This document shows positions 23,537 through 35,968 of a stretch of DNA of 64,000 nt, piece after piece. Every line of letters begins with the position of its first letter. Positions within the stretch are counted from its first letter, which is position 1. The stretch lies in the NCBI GenBank assembly GCA_002269645.1, contig NIVC01002378.1, forward strand, positions 1-64,000. Reading direction: 5' to 3'. This stretch comes from Macrostomum lignano. Lineage: Eukaryota. The position numbers and the translations under genes are program-made. The notes below the pieces were generated by a model. The model was not told the DNA's origin. It searched no databases and saw nothing but the letters and a program-made list of their open reading frames with translations.

Positions 23537-24177
23537 TAGTGTTCCGGTTATAGCTACGGCTACAGCTACGGGATCCTATAGAAAATACAGTAAAATAGAT
23601 GCCTATGGCAGCTACGGATACACCAATGGTAGCTAGCTGCTCTTATGGCTACAACTACGGAAATATGGTAGTTGTTGTCACATTCCACAGATTCCCATAG
23701 CTGTAGTTATTAATGTTTAAAAATTGAAAAAATATTAGAAACAGGTAAAGTAAAACAAATATACTTTTAGTAAACTGTATTATTAACTTAGAAACTTTTA
23801 AAATATATCTAAAAAGTACAATAAAACTAGCAAACTCTAATTTTTATTAATGTGAAAAAGTTCAGCATTAGTACTTTCAGTAACAATTAAGTATTGTTGC
23901 TTTGAAAAAAAGACGAAATATAATCTTACAAAGACAATCAAGTGTTTCTTTTATTTTCTAACTTAATTTGCAGTTGTTTAAGCACTAGGTTATCTTTTTA
24001 ATTCAAAATATTTTGTTTTCTAGACTTTTGTTAAAACTATGGCTATGGCTACGGGAACTACAGGAATGTGGTAATATTGGGGTCCCTTCAACTACGGAAT
24101 ATGGAGAATTGGAACAAGCCATAGTTTGCTTATGGCTATGGCTATGGTACATGGACCCTACTTATGGTGGAACACTA
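23537..24177. mobile_element. MITE with TAGTGTTCC termini (Academ-like TAG ends) and GCTACGG/GGCTATGG subterminal repeats
   Basis: TAGTGTTCC at 23537 and GGAACACTA ending at 24177. Flanks TTA and CTA are an imperfect 3-bp TSD. Confidence 0.45.
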
Positions 24178-24379
24178 CTATATTATAAGTAAATAGAATA
24201 TAGTATAAACAAATGGCTCAAATGTTCCTTCACAATAATATATATTTGCAGCTATATATAGAAATAAGCCACTATGTAGCTATAGGCCTTTGCTACTGTA
24301 GGCCCTAAAGTATATAAATAGGTTGAAAAGTAGTAATAGCCTATTAGGTAAGCCATAGTCAAGATCATAGTATACCTGC

Positions 24380-25000
24380 GCCCATATTGCGGAAGGTGTA
24401 GTATATGCCGGAAAATTCCAGCGTACAAATGCTTTAGCTGGCGTACATCTGGCATACAAACGCTTTAAGTGGCTTACATCTGGCGTACAAATTCTTTGGC
24501 TGGCGTACATCTATCGTAACCGGAGGAAATACAACCTCCAAGCACAATCATCTGCTTACAATTCTTAACTATACTTGTTCAAGTTTTCAGCGCAGCATAG
24601 AAAGCATTGATGTACGACACCATTACATAAATTACGCTAAATAGTCAATAAAGTTACTTTGCTAAGTTATGACAATAAATTGAATATTTAAACAATATAT
24701 TAAAGTTCTTTTTAAAAAATGTACCTTAACTAGTAGTAAACATAAAAACTTTGGTTTACTAATTATTTTTGTTTTTTAAACAATGTACGTTTTCAATTTT
24801 ACTTTTTTACAGTAATTTTTTGATGCGCGCCTCGGCATGCTTCTTTCATAGTTTTTGTGCTTGTTAATCATGCATTTTTATTGGCATACAATTTACTAGA
24901 ACCCTTACTTGGCATACTTTATTGGCGTACACTTTACTATATAGCCAGATACTTTCCGGCGTACATATAACACGATCCGCAATATGGACCTGCGCCAAAA
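24380..25000. mobile_element. Probable MITE relic with imperfect inverted ends and clustered TGGCGTACA motifs
   Basis: CCATATTGCGGAAGGTGTAG...GCCGGAAAA at about 24383 is inverse to TTTCCGGCG...CCGCAATATGG at about 24953-24996. Confidence 0.4.
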
Positions 25001-25986
25001 CAAATCCTATCAAAAGAGTTTGATTGCATACCACACTCTAGATCATGTAGTATAAACCCAAAAATTTGGGCGTGCATTGGCCTTGCACACCAAAATTAGG
25101 TATACACAGTTGGCGTGCATTACTCCTCACTCCTGAGAAAATAATGTGCATGCACATCTGGCATGCACTTTATAGAATCACGCGTAAGAGTTATGAAATA
25201 GAAAAAATATGAAAAAAGTTCATTTAAGCGCAAATTTCAAGCTTTCTAGTTTTTTCAAGCTTGTAAAAAATCATTTGAACAAATCTTTGCATGTATAAAT
25301 CTCCTGCTATAAGTATAAATAGTATCACCAAAAAAGCATAAAAAGCAACCAAATTATTTGGTAATAAAGGTCTATTACACAATTTAAAAAAAGGTATTTT
25401 ATTGTCACAACATAAAAAATGTCATTTATTGTCGCAATACTGGCGTATTTTTTAGAATGGGCATGCACTACATTTGTTTTGGTGTGCATTAGTAACTATT
25501 CAATTTTTGTTTGGGCATGCACCCAGCATGATCCGGACTATAGATTGCACAGCTTGTTTTGCAAAAAATACAAAAACATTGAAATCTGCATTTTCCATTT
25601 AAAAAATAGTACTAGTAGTAACTAGTAAGACTTATATTTGAACCTGTTTTATAGAAATACAATATTAACTTATTTTAGTTGAAAAAAGCAGTCAAGTGTC
25701 AATATACTAGGCCCTAGCCCTAGTATATTATATACTAGCAAACAAAGCATTAGACAATTGCATTATTTGCTTTTTTCATTTGGCACTTTACAATATTTCA
25801 ACACTTTCTATATTAGTGTAAGTGTAAGTGTAAGGAGTATAAATGCCTTGGCTATTTTATAGATTTTGTACAAATAGGGCCAAGGCCAAGGGGCCTTATA
25901 GTTATAGAATTTATATTTATTAAAGATGTAACACATTGAAAGAAAATCAAATCAAAATGAAAACTATAACAGAGCCTAATTCTTAC

Positions 25987-26158
25987 CTTCAGACTTGGTA
26001 ACAGAATCCCATTGTGACTTGCTATTTATTTTCTTCCATCCTCGCCAATTGAAGGCCACAAAACTCGACTCACTGTTGTATGAGCACACAGAATCATCGT
26101 CAAATCTGTCACTGTCTTCGAAGTCAAGATCCACATCTCTAGAATTGTTGGATGCCAT
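25987..26158 (-). CDS. ZSWIM8: ZSWIM8 exon 1 (start codon)
   Basis: FEDSDRFDDDSVCSYNSE...NWRGWKK matches the recalled human N-terminus FEDSDRFEEDSLCSFISE...NWRGWRK. Donor G|GTAAG is phase 1, matching exon 2 at 16848. Confidence 0.92.
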
Positions 26159-26749
26159 TCCAACTATAATAAAGAGTGAATTAGACTATATCGAATTCAG
26201 TCGGCAATTAAGTGGAATGTCTGAATCTGAACCTTGATATTTCCTAAATTTTGACGCGTAAATAAATTCGTATATCGGTGAACAAAGAGAATCAGATGTT
26301 TTTATTTACATTTTCAAGAACTTTGAGTATATATAAAAACTATACAAAAATTGTATTAGAGAAACTAATAATGCTTGAAACATTCTATTTATATTTATTT
26401 ATTACTATTTCCTTTCTTTTTATCCCTTAAAGTGTAATCTACTTAACAGTATTTGTTTATCCATTCAAACCCACGATAACTTTAATGCCAGGACCTTCTC
26501 CAATAGGCGTGACAAGTTGAGCGGTTAGGGCATTAAGCTCAATGGAGCTCAGAAGCGGCCAGGATGACAACTGATAAACCGTTCCGGCAATTCATTACCA
26601 ACAACACGAATCGTCGAGACAAAATGGCGATATTATAATCGACATGTACATGCATTTGTAGGGATCGATACATTTGTAGTTGTAGTCCTTGAGTTTGGAG
26701 GTGCTAATGCATGAAGGTGCTAATGCTAGGATATATGGCATAAGCTAAA

Positions 26750-27400
26750 AGTGCGTACAACGTGCCAGAGCAGCTAATTTTCGCCATCAGGGCGATGTAC
26801 CACGAAAACTGCTGTTTCAACACCGGACGGCCTATCGGACTTCTTTGAGAGATCCTCCGGGGTGCTTTAGGGAGATATACTTGCGCCGTTCCTGTTCGTT
26901 TTGTTGCTTGACTGGGTGCTGCGGATCGCTTTTCCTACCAACGACGACGGCTTTCTGTTGCGGCGACGCATGGGTCGTCTTCAACCGGAGAGGCGGCTCA
27001 GCGTGCCAACGATCTTGTACTGCTGTCTTCAACAGTCGAGGGCGCTGAGCGATAACTGGACAAGCTAGTTGCTGTTGTGGCGAGTGTCGGCCTGGTGGTC
27101 AACACGCAGAAAACCGTCATGCTCTGCGTGCCGAATGACATATCGAGGCTGCGATTTTGTGCCGAGGCGCTGATGGACAGACGACGGAGCTTCCGCGTTG
27201 TCAGCAGTTCGTCTACCTCGGCGGTCTGGTTCCCGGCGTCCGCGAGGGCCGTCTGCAGTCCGAGGCCCTACGTGACAGCCAGAGGACGGCGTTGTTCCAG
27301 GCGGTGGTTGAGACCGTCCAGTAATACACGCCGAGACCTGCTGGACGCTGACGGATTTGCTCGAGCAACAAGTTGACGCGGCACATTCATGAGACAATGG
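26750..27400 (+). mobile_element. Degenerate non-LTR retrotransposon RT fragment (RTE-like), same family as 56089-57222
   Basis: VSTPDGLSDFFE-SSGVL*GDILAPFLFVLLLDWVLR. Nucleotide identity with 56.28-56.42 kb (CTGGACAAGCTAGTTGCTGTTG...ACGCAGAAAACCGTC). Confidence 0.8.
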
Positions 27401-27402
27401 TA

Positions 27403-28743
27403 CGAGGTGTATCCCAAAAGTAAGTTTCCCTCATACATAACTCAGCACTCACGAGGCTCAGCTAAGTGCCATGTACGTTGTTGCTTTCTTTTTTGACTAT
27501 GGCCCAACCCTAAACAAGTTGCTAAGTCCTAGCTTGTTCTCGAGCTTCATGGCTGCAACTCATGCACATCCCTTTGCAACCATGGCCGCGTCGAGCTCGT
27601 TCTCTCGCTACGACGTTCGAAGCATCATCAAGTTTTCTATGCTGTCTGGAAAATCGACACAAGAGATTCACCAAGAACTCATGAGAGTCCTAGGAGAAGC
27701 TGCACCATCCATTCAAACGGTCAGGAAGTGGGTGCGAGAAATCCAAGGACGGGACTGCATGGAGGACAAAGAGTGTTCTGGACGACCAAGAGCTGCGACA
27801 ACGGATGCCAATGCTGATCGCGTGATGGCTGCTGTGAGTGAAGACAACAGAAGGACATGCAGTGAGCTGGAGGAGCTCCTCGGCATTCCCCACAGCACAC
27901 TGTGCACCGCATTCTGACCGAGCATTTAGGCCTACAGAAGCTTTTCGCCAAATGGGTGCCACACCTGCTGCTGACTGACGAGCAAATGGAGGAGCGGGTG
28001 GTGGTGTCCCGTGACTGCCTCCGTCGAGTTCGTCGTGAAGGCGACGGATTTCTCGGTAGAATAGTGACGTACTGGAGACGAGACGTGGGTCTACGAATGG
28101 GACCCAGAGCTGAAGCGGCAGTCAGCGCAGTGGCTTCCGATAGGATCGGCGAGTCCCGAGAATGTGCGACGCAAGCAAGGCCCATTGAAGGTGATGCACA
28201 TCATTTTTTGACGGGATCATTCTGGACTGGCCTGTTGCCTCTGGATACCATTGTGAATGCTGAGTACTATCGATGTGTGCTTCAAGAGAAACTGCGACCA
28301 GCGATAAGGAAAAAGCGGCAGGGCCTTCTGGAGAGAGGCGTCATCTTCCATCACGACAACGCCCCGGTGCATCGGGCCAGACGGGTTGAAGAGCTGCTCG
28401 ACTCCTGGAATTGGGAAATTCTCCGCTACCCGCGCTACTCGCCTGACTTGGCTCCGGCGGACTTTTTTATCTGTTCCCGAAGATGAAAGAGAGCCTTCGT
28501 GGCCAGCATTTCGGATCTGAGGAGCAGGTGAACAACAGCGCTTCATCAGCTCTCCGACATCTGGCGATCGCCGGCTGCAGGCCCGCCTTTGAAGCGTGGG
28601 TGCGTCGAAAAGTGCGTTGAGCTTGGCGGCCGATTTGTGGAGTGACAAATACTTGAAGTTGTGGCTGGACAAATTTAACGTTTTTTATAACTAATTGCTC
28701 ACTGTTAACAGCTGACCGAAACTTACTTATGGAATACACCTCG
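27403..28743 (+). mobile_element. Full-length (1341 bp) mariner transposon with frameshifted DD34D-type transposase
   Basis: 25-bp TIR CGAGGTGTAT(C/T)CCA(A/T)AAGTAAGTTT flanked by TA. Motifs WVPHLL, DETWV (shifted frame), HHDNAPVH and YSPDLAPADF. Confidence 0.95.
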
Positions 28744-30584
28744 TAGTAGAAGATTGTGCATATGTTTTTGGAGGTAGACAATGATTTATTTTTCACGAGT
28801 GGCGAAGCAATGCAAATCTACCATTGTGCCATGACTACACATGGCTATCGGGCGGACTGATAATTGCAGTAATTGTCATCTATTACGAATCGCGTTTACG
28901 AATTTTTTTAGAATTGAAGTGGCCACTGTTCAGATCCTATCCTATACAAGTTTCTCGAAGGTTGTAGAGCCCAGCTTTGAAAGAAGTGGAGTTGTTCTTC
29001 CTCGGAGAAATTGGACTCTAAAACTAGCAACACAACACCAGGAAAAGTTCTAAGCAGCAAGAATCTGCTCTGCGGCAGCGAGTTCCCAAGCTTCACAACC
29101 TCGCAAGCGTCTGCCATACTATCAGAGATTTAACGGATGATAAATTAACAGAGTTCATTATTAAGTCCAGCATCGATTCGGAGGATGAGAATGAACTCAC
29201 GAGCAACATGCAAGAGTTTCCACCCCGAAACCAGCAGTGGTAAACTTTTCACAGATTTCAGCCCCAAGTTGACGCAATTCACATCACGCCACGCAGTTCT
29301 CGTCTTAACTGCGGGCGATTCGATATGCGTAACAAGGGCCCCATAGGCTCGTGAGGAGAGAGAGGAGAGCTATGATTATGAGTTGAATTAATGCTGCCAC
29401 TTGTTGACCAACATGGTTTCCATGTGGAAAATTCTGCTGCTGGGTGTATATTAATGAAACTACAAGATTATCAGAAGTTTACAATAACCAAGACTTACAA
29501 ATAAAATGATGTATTATTTACAGATTAATTATTTATTTACAGATAAATTAATGATCGCCTGGCAATTATTGGACATTAGTAGTTCAGCTTGCCTCAGACC
29601 ACAGATACTAGAATAACTAGATAGGCCACTTAGCACATTTGCATGCCAGCTACTTTCAGCTCAGTAGTAAGTTACACAGAAGCATTTTAACATATTTTTA
29701 AAGCCAAGGCTCATTTATTGGCTCTTACCACCCCCCTCAGCTTAAACCCTCCAACCGCGCCTTTCCACACTACCCCCCGCCCCACCCTTTCTCGGAATTC
29801 CAGCCTAGAGCTGCCATGTACGAGTACATTTCAGTGGACTGACTAATGTACATTAATGCTTAACCAATTAGCAAGCTGTTTACGCATGCACAAGGCTTCT
29901 AAACTTATCAAAGTCATTTCAGCTGCCTTTACTCTAATAAAATAGCTTATATATTCTTATTTGCTACTGAACCGAAAGTAGAAGGCTGTTTTACTAAGTA
30001 AATATACCGGAGTGGCCCATCTACTTATTTTAGTATCTGAGCCTCGGACCGCTCCATGGCTTATGTATTTGTATAGGATGAATAAACAGCTCAAAAACGC
30101 AAATTAAAAAAGTGGGAAAATGCCAAACCGAAAACTCATCGATCAGGAGTATGCCAAATAATGCTAGTATGAGTTATATAAAATATAAAAATAAAAAAAT
30201 GATTGCGCTCGATACTGGATAACTAGCTCGTATTTCGAAGTTTGAAGAAGTAATGACCATCGATTTTCATTCAGCAACAGTCAAAACCGTCGCCCTACCG
30301 ACTAAGGCGACTCTCTCTCTCTCTCTCACCTCAACCAGGGTGGCGGTTTTTACTGTTGCTGAGTGCATGCACCAATTATTCAATTTATCTCGTAGTAAGT
30401 ACACTTCCATTAAAAAGAGAATAATTTTGAGTCAATGACAAATATGAATACACGAACCTGTATTTGAATATGCACATGTAGATGATTTAGCAATGCAATC
30501 ATACAAGAGCCTTGAGCACAAAAAGCACACAGAATTAATGACAGCTGTGGATCCAACTCATAAACGATAAAGAATGCTAGAAGA

Positions 30585-31538
30585 TCAGTGAAACCGGTAC
30601 TTCCTAGCCGGCTTCAGGCACACCGTGGTGGCCTTGCGAATCTCTTCCTCGCGTTCGTCTTTGATTTCAACGTATCGAGCGCCGTTCTGCGCAACCACAC
30701 GGCTATCCAAGTAGCGCGTCTTTCTCGGCCGCTCATCGAATCGCGCCTCGGGCCGATGGATTTTGTCCTCGTCTGGCAGCTGGTAGTTCTCAAATCGGCT
30801 CAGTATGTAGCTTTTAACGCTGGCGCCAGACTTAGCCGGCGCCGTCGATTCGAATTTTGGCGCCAAACAGGCGCAAGGCGGCCGGGGACAGGCCAGAGAC
30901 GATTCGGCGTCGCCACCGTCAACATCGGCTTCCAGACAGCGACTGGCCGCCTGTTGAAGATCGCCGCCAGCTTCGGCTAGGCGGACCCGCAATCTGGCGG
31001 CGCAGGCCTCGGGGAACAGGGCGCGAAGCCGGCCCAGCGACTCCGCCGCCTCCGCGTCCGCCTCAGCACCGCTGCCGGCTGAAGCCATCGTCGACGAGCA
31101 CGACGACGTTGAATTCGACGACTCCGATTGGCGACTTCTGACAACGCCGCCGGCGGCGGCTGTGGCGGCAAAAGCGGCGGCCACCGTGTCGACATCAGAC
31201 TGCTGCTGGCGCTGGCCGTTTAGAGGTGCGGCAGCATCGACGGCGGCGTCGGCCAGGCTTTGCCGACAGTCGGCAAGCCAGCCACGCAAGTCGGCATCGG
31301 AGACCGACTCTAGAAGCGGCACGTAGGCTCGCACCAGCTCAAGCACCGAGTCGTCGTCGCAGTCGCCATCTTCGGCATCGATGTCATCGGTGAGCACCGC
31401 CTCCAGATAGGGGTACAGACTGGGATCGGCGTCAAAGTCGAGCCGACTCGAACTAGTTGAACCTTGCCGATCGATGACAAACTGACGGAGGCTGCGTTCG
31501 ATCAGCTTGATGGCTTCACTACCGCCGCCACTCGCCAT
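30585..31538 (-). CDS. CUEDC2: CUE domain-containing protein 2, single exon, 317 aa
   Basis: C-terminus RYLDSRVVAQNGARY...CLKPARKYRFH matches recalled CUEDC2 (RYIDNQVVSTKGERF...NLKPARKYRFH). CUE-like LRALFPEA...DLQQAASRCL. Confidence 0.92.
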   Translation of the reverse strand: MASGGGSEAIKLIERSLRQFVIDRQGSTSSSRLDFDADPSLYPYLEAVLTDDIDAEDGDCDDDSVLELVRAYVPLLESVSDADLRGWLADCRQSLADAAVDAAAPLNGQRQQQSDVDTVAAAFAATAAAGGVVRSRQSESSNSTSSCSSTMASAGSGAEADAEAAESLGRLRALFPEACAARLRVRLAEAGGDLQQAASRCLEADVDGGDAESSLACPRPPCACLAPKFESTAPAKSGASVKSYILSRFENYQLPDEDKIHRPEARFDERPRKTRYLDSRVVAQNGARYVEIKDEREEEIRKATTVCLKPARKYRFH

Positions 31539-31767
31539 CAGTAGTATTAATATAGATAATGGCTATTAACTTGTGATGACGGATGCTGATGTTTGACAGA
31601 CCGATAGGCTGCATGAAAACAGGTTTCGTTGGGTAAATTTTACTAACAGAACAGTAAGAAGCCTATTAAACTCTAGCTAGCCTACTGATTTAGTAGAAAG
31701 TTAAGCGCCAACACAACAATGTTTGGACGACTCTTTCATGACTCGTTTACAATTTTACAACTCACGT

Positions 31768-31965
31768 GACTGGGGGGGGGGGGTCGCCACACACACCCTC
31801 AATTACCCCAGCTAATGCTGGCACCCATTTTACAGCTGGGTGAACTGCAGCAATGCAGAGTTTAGTGACTTGCTCAAGGACACAAATTGTTCCGAGTGGG
31901 TCGAGAATCGAACCCCCGACCGTTCAGTCGTGTGTCCGACGCTCCAACCACCAGGCTACAACCCC
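31768..31965 (-). mobile_element. tRNA-derived SINE with CORE-like domain, copy 2
   Basis: A box TAGCCTGGTGG, B box GGTTCGATTCT, then TGTGTCCTTGAGCAAGTCACT...CTGTAAAATGGG resembling the MIR CORE consensus. Homologous to 8647-8818. Confidence 0.82.
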
Positions 31966-32344
31966 TGCTGTCTCACCGAACAGCACCTATTCTGAATTCT
32001 GTACAAATGCGGAAGCTTCACATTGATTAAAAATTCTTATTGAATATCATTTTAAGAAAGAACAACTCGGAATGCACAACAACTTGATGCTTCGAATTCG
32101 ATAAAAAAGTGTTCACCAGCAAGCGATACACTTGGCATCATAGCAATCAGTAGGTGAGCGGTAACTAAAAATGCAACAACAAATTAGTTGGATCACTGGA
32201 TAACAAAACAATCAACAAATATAATTATTAAATACACTATTATCCTACCGTGCACTCTACAATCAGGGGGAGGGGCTTTCACAATCTAAAATTCTCACAT
32301 CTTAACCTAGTAAGTTTTCTAAGTCTCAAGTCTATTTTTATCTA

Positions 32345-33415
32345 GTTTGAGAAGTGTCTACTTTGAGAAGATCCAGTTTGAGAAGTGTCCAGTTTAAGAA
32401 GAATCCAGTTTGAGAAGTGTCCAGTTTGAGAAGTGTCTAGTTTGAGAAGAATCCAGTTTGAGAAGTGTCTAGTTTGAGAAGAATCCAGTTTGAGAAGTGT
32501 CCAGTTTGAGAAGATCCAGTTTGAGAAGTGTCTACTCGTAGTTTGAGAAGAATCCAGTTTGAGAAGTGTCCAGTTTGGGAAGTGTCTAGTTTGAGAAGTG
32601 TCTAGTTTGAGAAGTGTCCAGTTTGAGAAGTGTCTAGTTTGAGAAGTGTCCAGTTTGAGAAGTGTCCAGTTTGAGAAGTGTCCAGTTTGAGAAGTATCCA
32701 GTTTGAGAAGTATCCAGTTTGAGAAGTATCCAGTTTGAAGTGTCCAGTTTGAGAAGTGTCTAGTTTGAGAAGTGTCCAGTTTGAGAAGTGTCCAGTTTGA
32801 GAAGTGTCCAGTTTGAGAAGTATCCAGTTTGAGAAGTATCCAGTTTGAGAAGTATCCAGTTTGAAGTGTCCGGTTTGAGAAGTGTCTAGTTTGAGAAGTG
32901 TCTAGTTTGAGAAGTGTCCAGTTTGAGAAGTGTCCAGTTTGAGAAGTATCCAGTTTGAGAAGTATCCAGTTTGAGAAGTGTCTAGTTTGAGAAGTATCCA
33001 GTTTGAGAAGTGTCCAGTTTGAGAAGTATCCAGTTTGAGAAGTATCCAGTTTGAAGTGTCCAGTTTGAGAAGTGTCCAGTTTGAGAAGTATCCAGTTTGA
33101 GAAGTGTCTAGTTTGAGAAGTATCCAGTTTGAGAAGTGTCCAGTTTGAGAAGTATCCAGTTTGAGAAGTATCCAGTTTGAAGTGTCCAGTTTGAGAAGTG
33201 TCCAGTTTGAGAAGTATCCAGTTTGAGAAGTGTCTAGTTTGAGAAGTATCCAGTTTGAGAAGTGTCCAGTTTGAGAAGTGTCCAGTTTAAGAAGTGTCTA
33301 GTTTGAGAAGATCTAGTTTGAGAAGAATCCAGTTTGAGAAGTGTCTAGTTTGAGAAGTGTCTAGTTTGAGAAGTATCCAGTTTTAGAAGTGTCTAGTTTG
33401 AGAAGATCTAGTTTG
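32345..33415. repeat. 16-bp satellite (AGTTTGAGAAGTGTCC and variants) downstream of IGBP1
   Basis: Period 16 measured; about 65 units. Confidence 0.96.
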
Positions 33416-33481
33416 CGAAAGCGCACCACAATGCAAGGCTCAGATCAAGCAGAAGCAATAAGCATAACTAATCGGGTCAGA

Positions 33482-34089
33482 TCAGCCCTTCCTATACCGA
33501 TTCCCATCCCCCGCCTATTAAAATCTTTCCAGTCGTCCCAGGCACGCAGGCGGCCCAACGCCTGCGGATCGTCGGCATCTTCGGCGGCGTCGCGGGCGGC
33601 TCGTTCAGCTGCGGCGCTCTCGGGAGTTGGGCCGCCAACAGGCGCGGGAGCCTCGCGAGCCGCCGCCGCAGCCTCCTCCGGGCTGGGGAAGACGCCGGAT
33701 TCAATTTGAGCGTCGATCCATTCGTCAACAGAATAGGCTGGCAGGCTGGGGTAGCCGGCGCCAAATACGCGCGCTTCTAGCGCCGATCTGGTTAGCACAA
33801 AGGTACCCACTGGTGGGCGGCCGGATTTCGGCTGGGGCGGCTGAGGCGGCGGCTGCTGCTGGCCCTCAGCGCCACGGCTGGCCATCATGCGGGCCAGGGG
33901 TAGCTCAGCTTTAGCAGCGGCTGCCTCCTCGGTGGCCACAATGACCCAACGTTCCAACAGTTTCAGGTAGAAATTTCGCTTGTCCTCTTCGTCCACGTGA
34001 GGACGTTCGACTTGGGGGCGTAGCTCGGTCAGCTGCTTCTCGAGCTCCTTCCGCCGGCGTAATCGTTCGATTTTTTTAGCTCGATCGGG
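33482..34089 (-). CDS. IGBP1: IGBP1/alpha4 exon 2 (likely 1-nt deletion at 33508-33512; as assembled the frame runs to 33445)
   Basis: Acceptor CAATCCAG, then PDRAKKIERLRRRKELE...NFYLKLLERW...VFGAGYPSLPAYSVDEW...RAWDDWKD. One extra G gives the conserved end RRGDGNRYRKG-stop. Confidence 0.9.
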
Positions 34090-34158
34090 CTGGATTGAGT
34101 TTTTTTATTTTATTATCTATCAGCAATTTTCTTACTAACAGTGTGTAAAACTACTAGT

Positions 34159-35966
34159 ACTTATTCAGCATGGATGAGGCTACTTATTCAGCATGGATGA
34201 GGCTACTTATTCAGCATGAGTGAGGCTACTTATTCAGCATGGATGAGGCTACTTATTCAGCATGGATGAGGCTACTTATTCAGCATGGATGAGGCTACTT
34301 ATTCAGCATGAGTGAGGCTACTTATTCAGCATGGATGAGGCTACTTATTCAGCATGACTGAGGCTACTTATTCAGCATGACTGAGGCTACTTATTCAGCA
34401 TGAGTGAGGCTACTTATTCAGCATGGATGAGGCTACTTATTCAGCATGAGTGAGGCTACTTATTCAGCATGGATGAGGCTACTTATTCAGCATGAGTGAG
34501 GCTACTTATTCAGCATGACTGAGGCTACTTATTCAGCATGAGTGAGGCTACTTATTCAGCATGGATGAGGCTACTTATTCAGCATGAGTGAGGCTACTTA
34601 TTCAGCATGACTGAGGCTACTTATTCAGCATGGATGAGGCTACTTATTCAGCATGAGTGAGGCTACTTATTCAGCATGACTGATGCTACTTATTCAGCAT
34701 GGATGAGGCTACTTATTCAGCATGAGTGAGGCTACTTATTCAGCATGGATGAGGCTACTTTTTCAGCATGAGTGAGGCTACTTATTCAGCATGACTGAGG
34801 CTACTTATTCAGCATGGATGAGGCTACTTATTCAGCATGAGTGAGGCTACTTATTCAGCATGAGTGAGGCTACTTATTCAGCATGACTGAGGCTACTTAT
34901 TCAGCATGGATGAGGCTACATATTCAGCATGGATGAGGCTACTTATTCAGCATGAGTGAGGCTACTTATTCAGCATGGATGAGGCTACTTATTCAGCATG
35001 AGTGAGGCTACTTATTCAGCATGGATGAGGCTACTTATTCAGCATGGATGAGGCTACTTATTCAGCATGAGTGAGGCTACTTATTCAGCATGACTGAGGC
35101 TACTTATTCAGCATGGATGAGGCTACTTATTCAGCATGAGTGAGGCTACTTATTCAGCATGACTGAGGCTACTTATTCAGCATGGATGAGGCTACTTATT
35201 CAGCATGAGTGAGGCTACTTATTCAGCATGGATGAGGCTACTTATTCAGCATGAGTGAGGCTACTTATTCAGCATGACTGAGGCTACTTATTCAGCATGG
35301 ATGAGGCTACTTATTCAGCATGAGTGAGGCTACTTATTCAGCATGAGTGAGGCTACTTATTCAGCATGACTGAGGCTACTTATTCAGCATGGATGAGGCT
35401 ACATATTCAGCATGGATGAGGCTACTTATTCAGCATGAGTGAGGCTACTTATTCAGCATGGATGAGGCTACTTATTCAGCATGAGTGAGGCTACTTATTC
35501 AGCATGGATGAGGCTACTTATTCAGCATGGATGAGGCTACTTATTCAGCATGAGTGAGGCTACTTATTCAGCATGGATGAGGCTACTTATTCAGCATGGA
35601 TGAGGCTACTTATTCAGCATGAGTGAGGCTACTTATTCAGCATGGATGAGGCTACTTATTCAGCATGAGTGAGGCTACTTATTCAGCATGACTGAGGCTA
35701 CTTATTCAGCATGAGTGAGGCTACTTATTCAGCATGGATGAGGCTACTTATTCAGCATGAGTGAGGCTACTTATTCAGCATGACTGAGGCTACTTATTCA
35801 GCATGGATGAGGCTACTTATTCAGCATGGATGAGGCTACTTATTCAGCATGGATGAGGCTACTTATTCAGCATGAGTGAGGCTACTTATTCAGCATGGAT
35901 GAGGCTACTTATTCAGCATGAGTGAGGCTACTTATTCAGCATGGATGAGGCTACTTATTCAGCATT
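34159..35966. repeat. 23-bp minisatellite (GAGGCTACTTATTCAGCATG + GAT/AGT/ACT) filling the IGBP1 intron
   Basis: About 78 units of period 23, with three recurring variants. Confidence 0.97.
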
Positions 35967-35968
35967 AC

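Noticed and set aside
34159-35966. CRISPR-like array (also considered for 32345-33415 and 45580-47640)
   Set aside because: Units are contiguous with no unique spacers, there are no cas genes, and the context is a eukaryotic intron or intergenic region. These are minisatellites.
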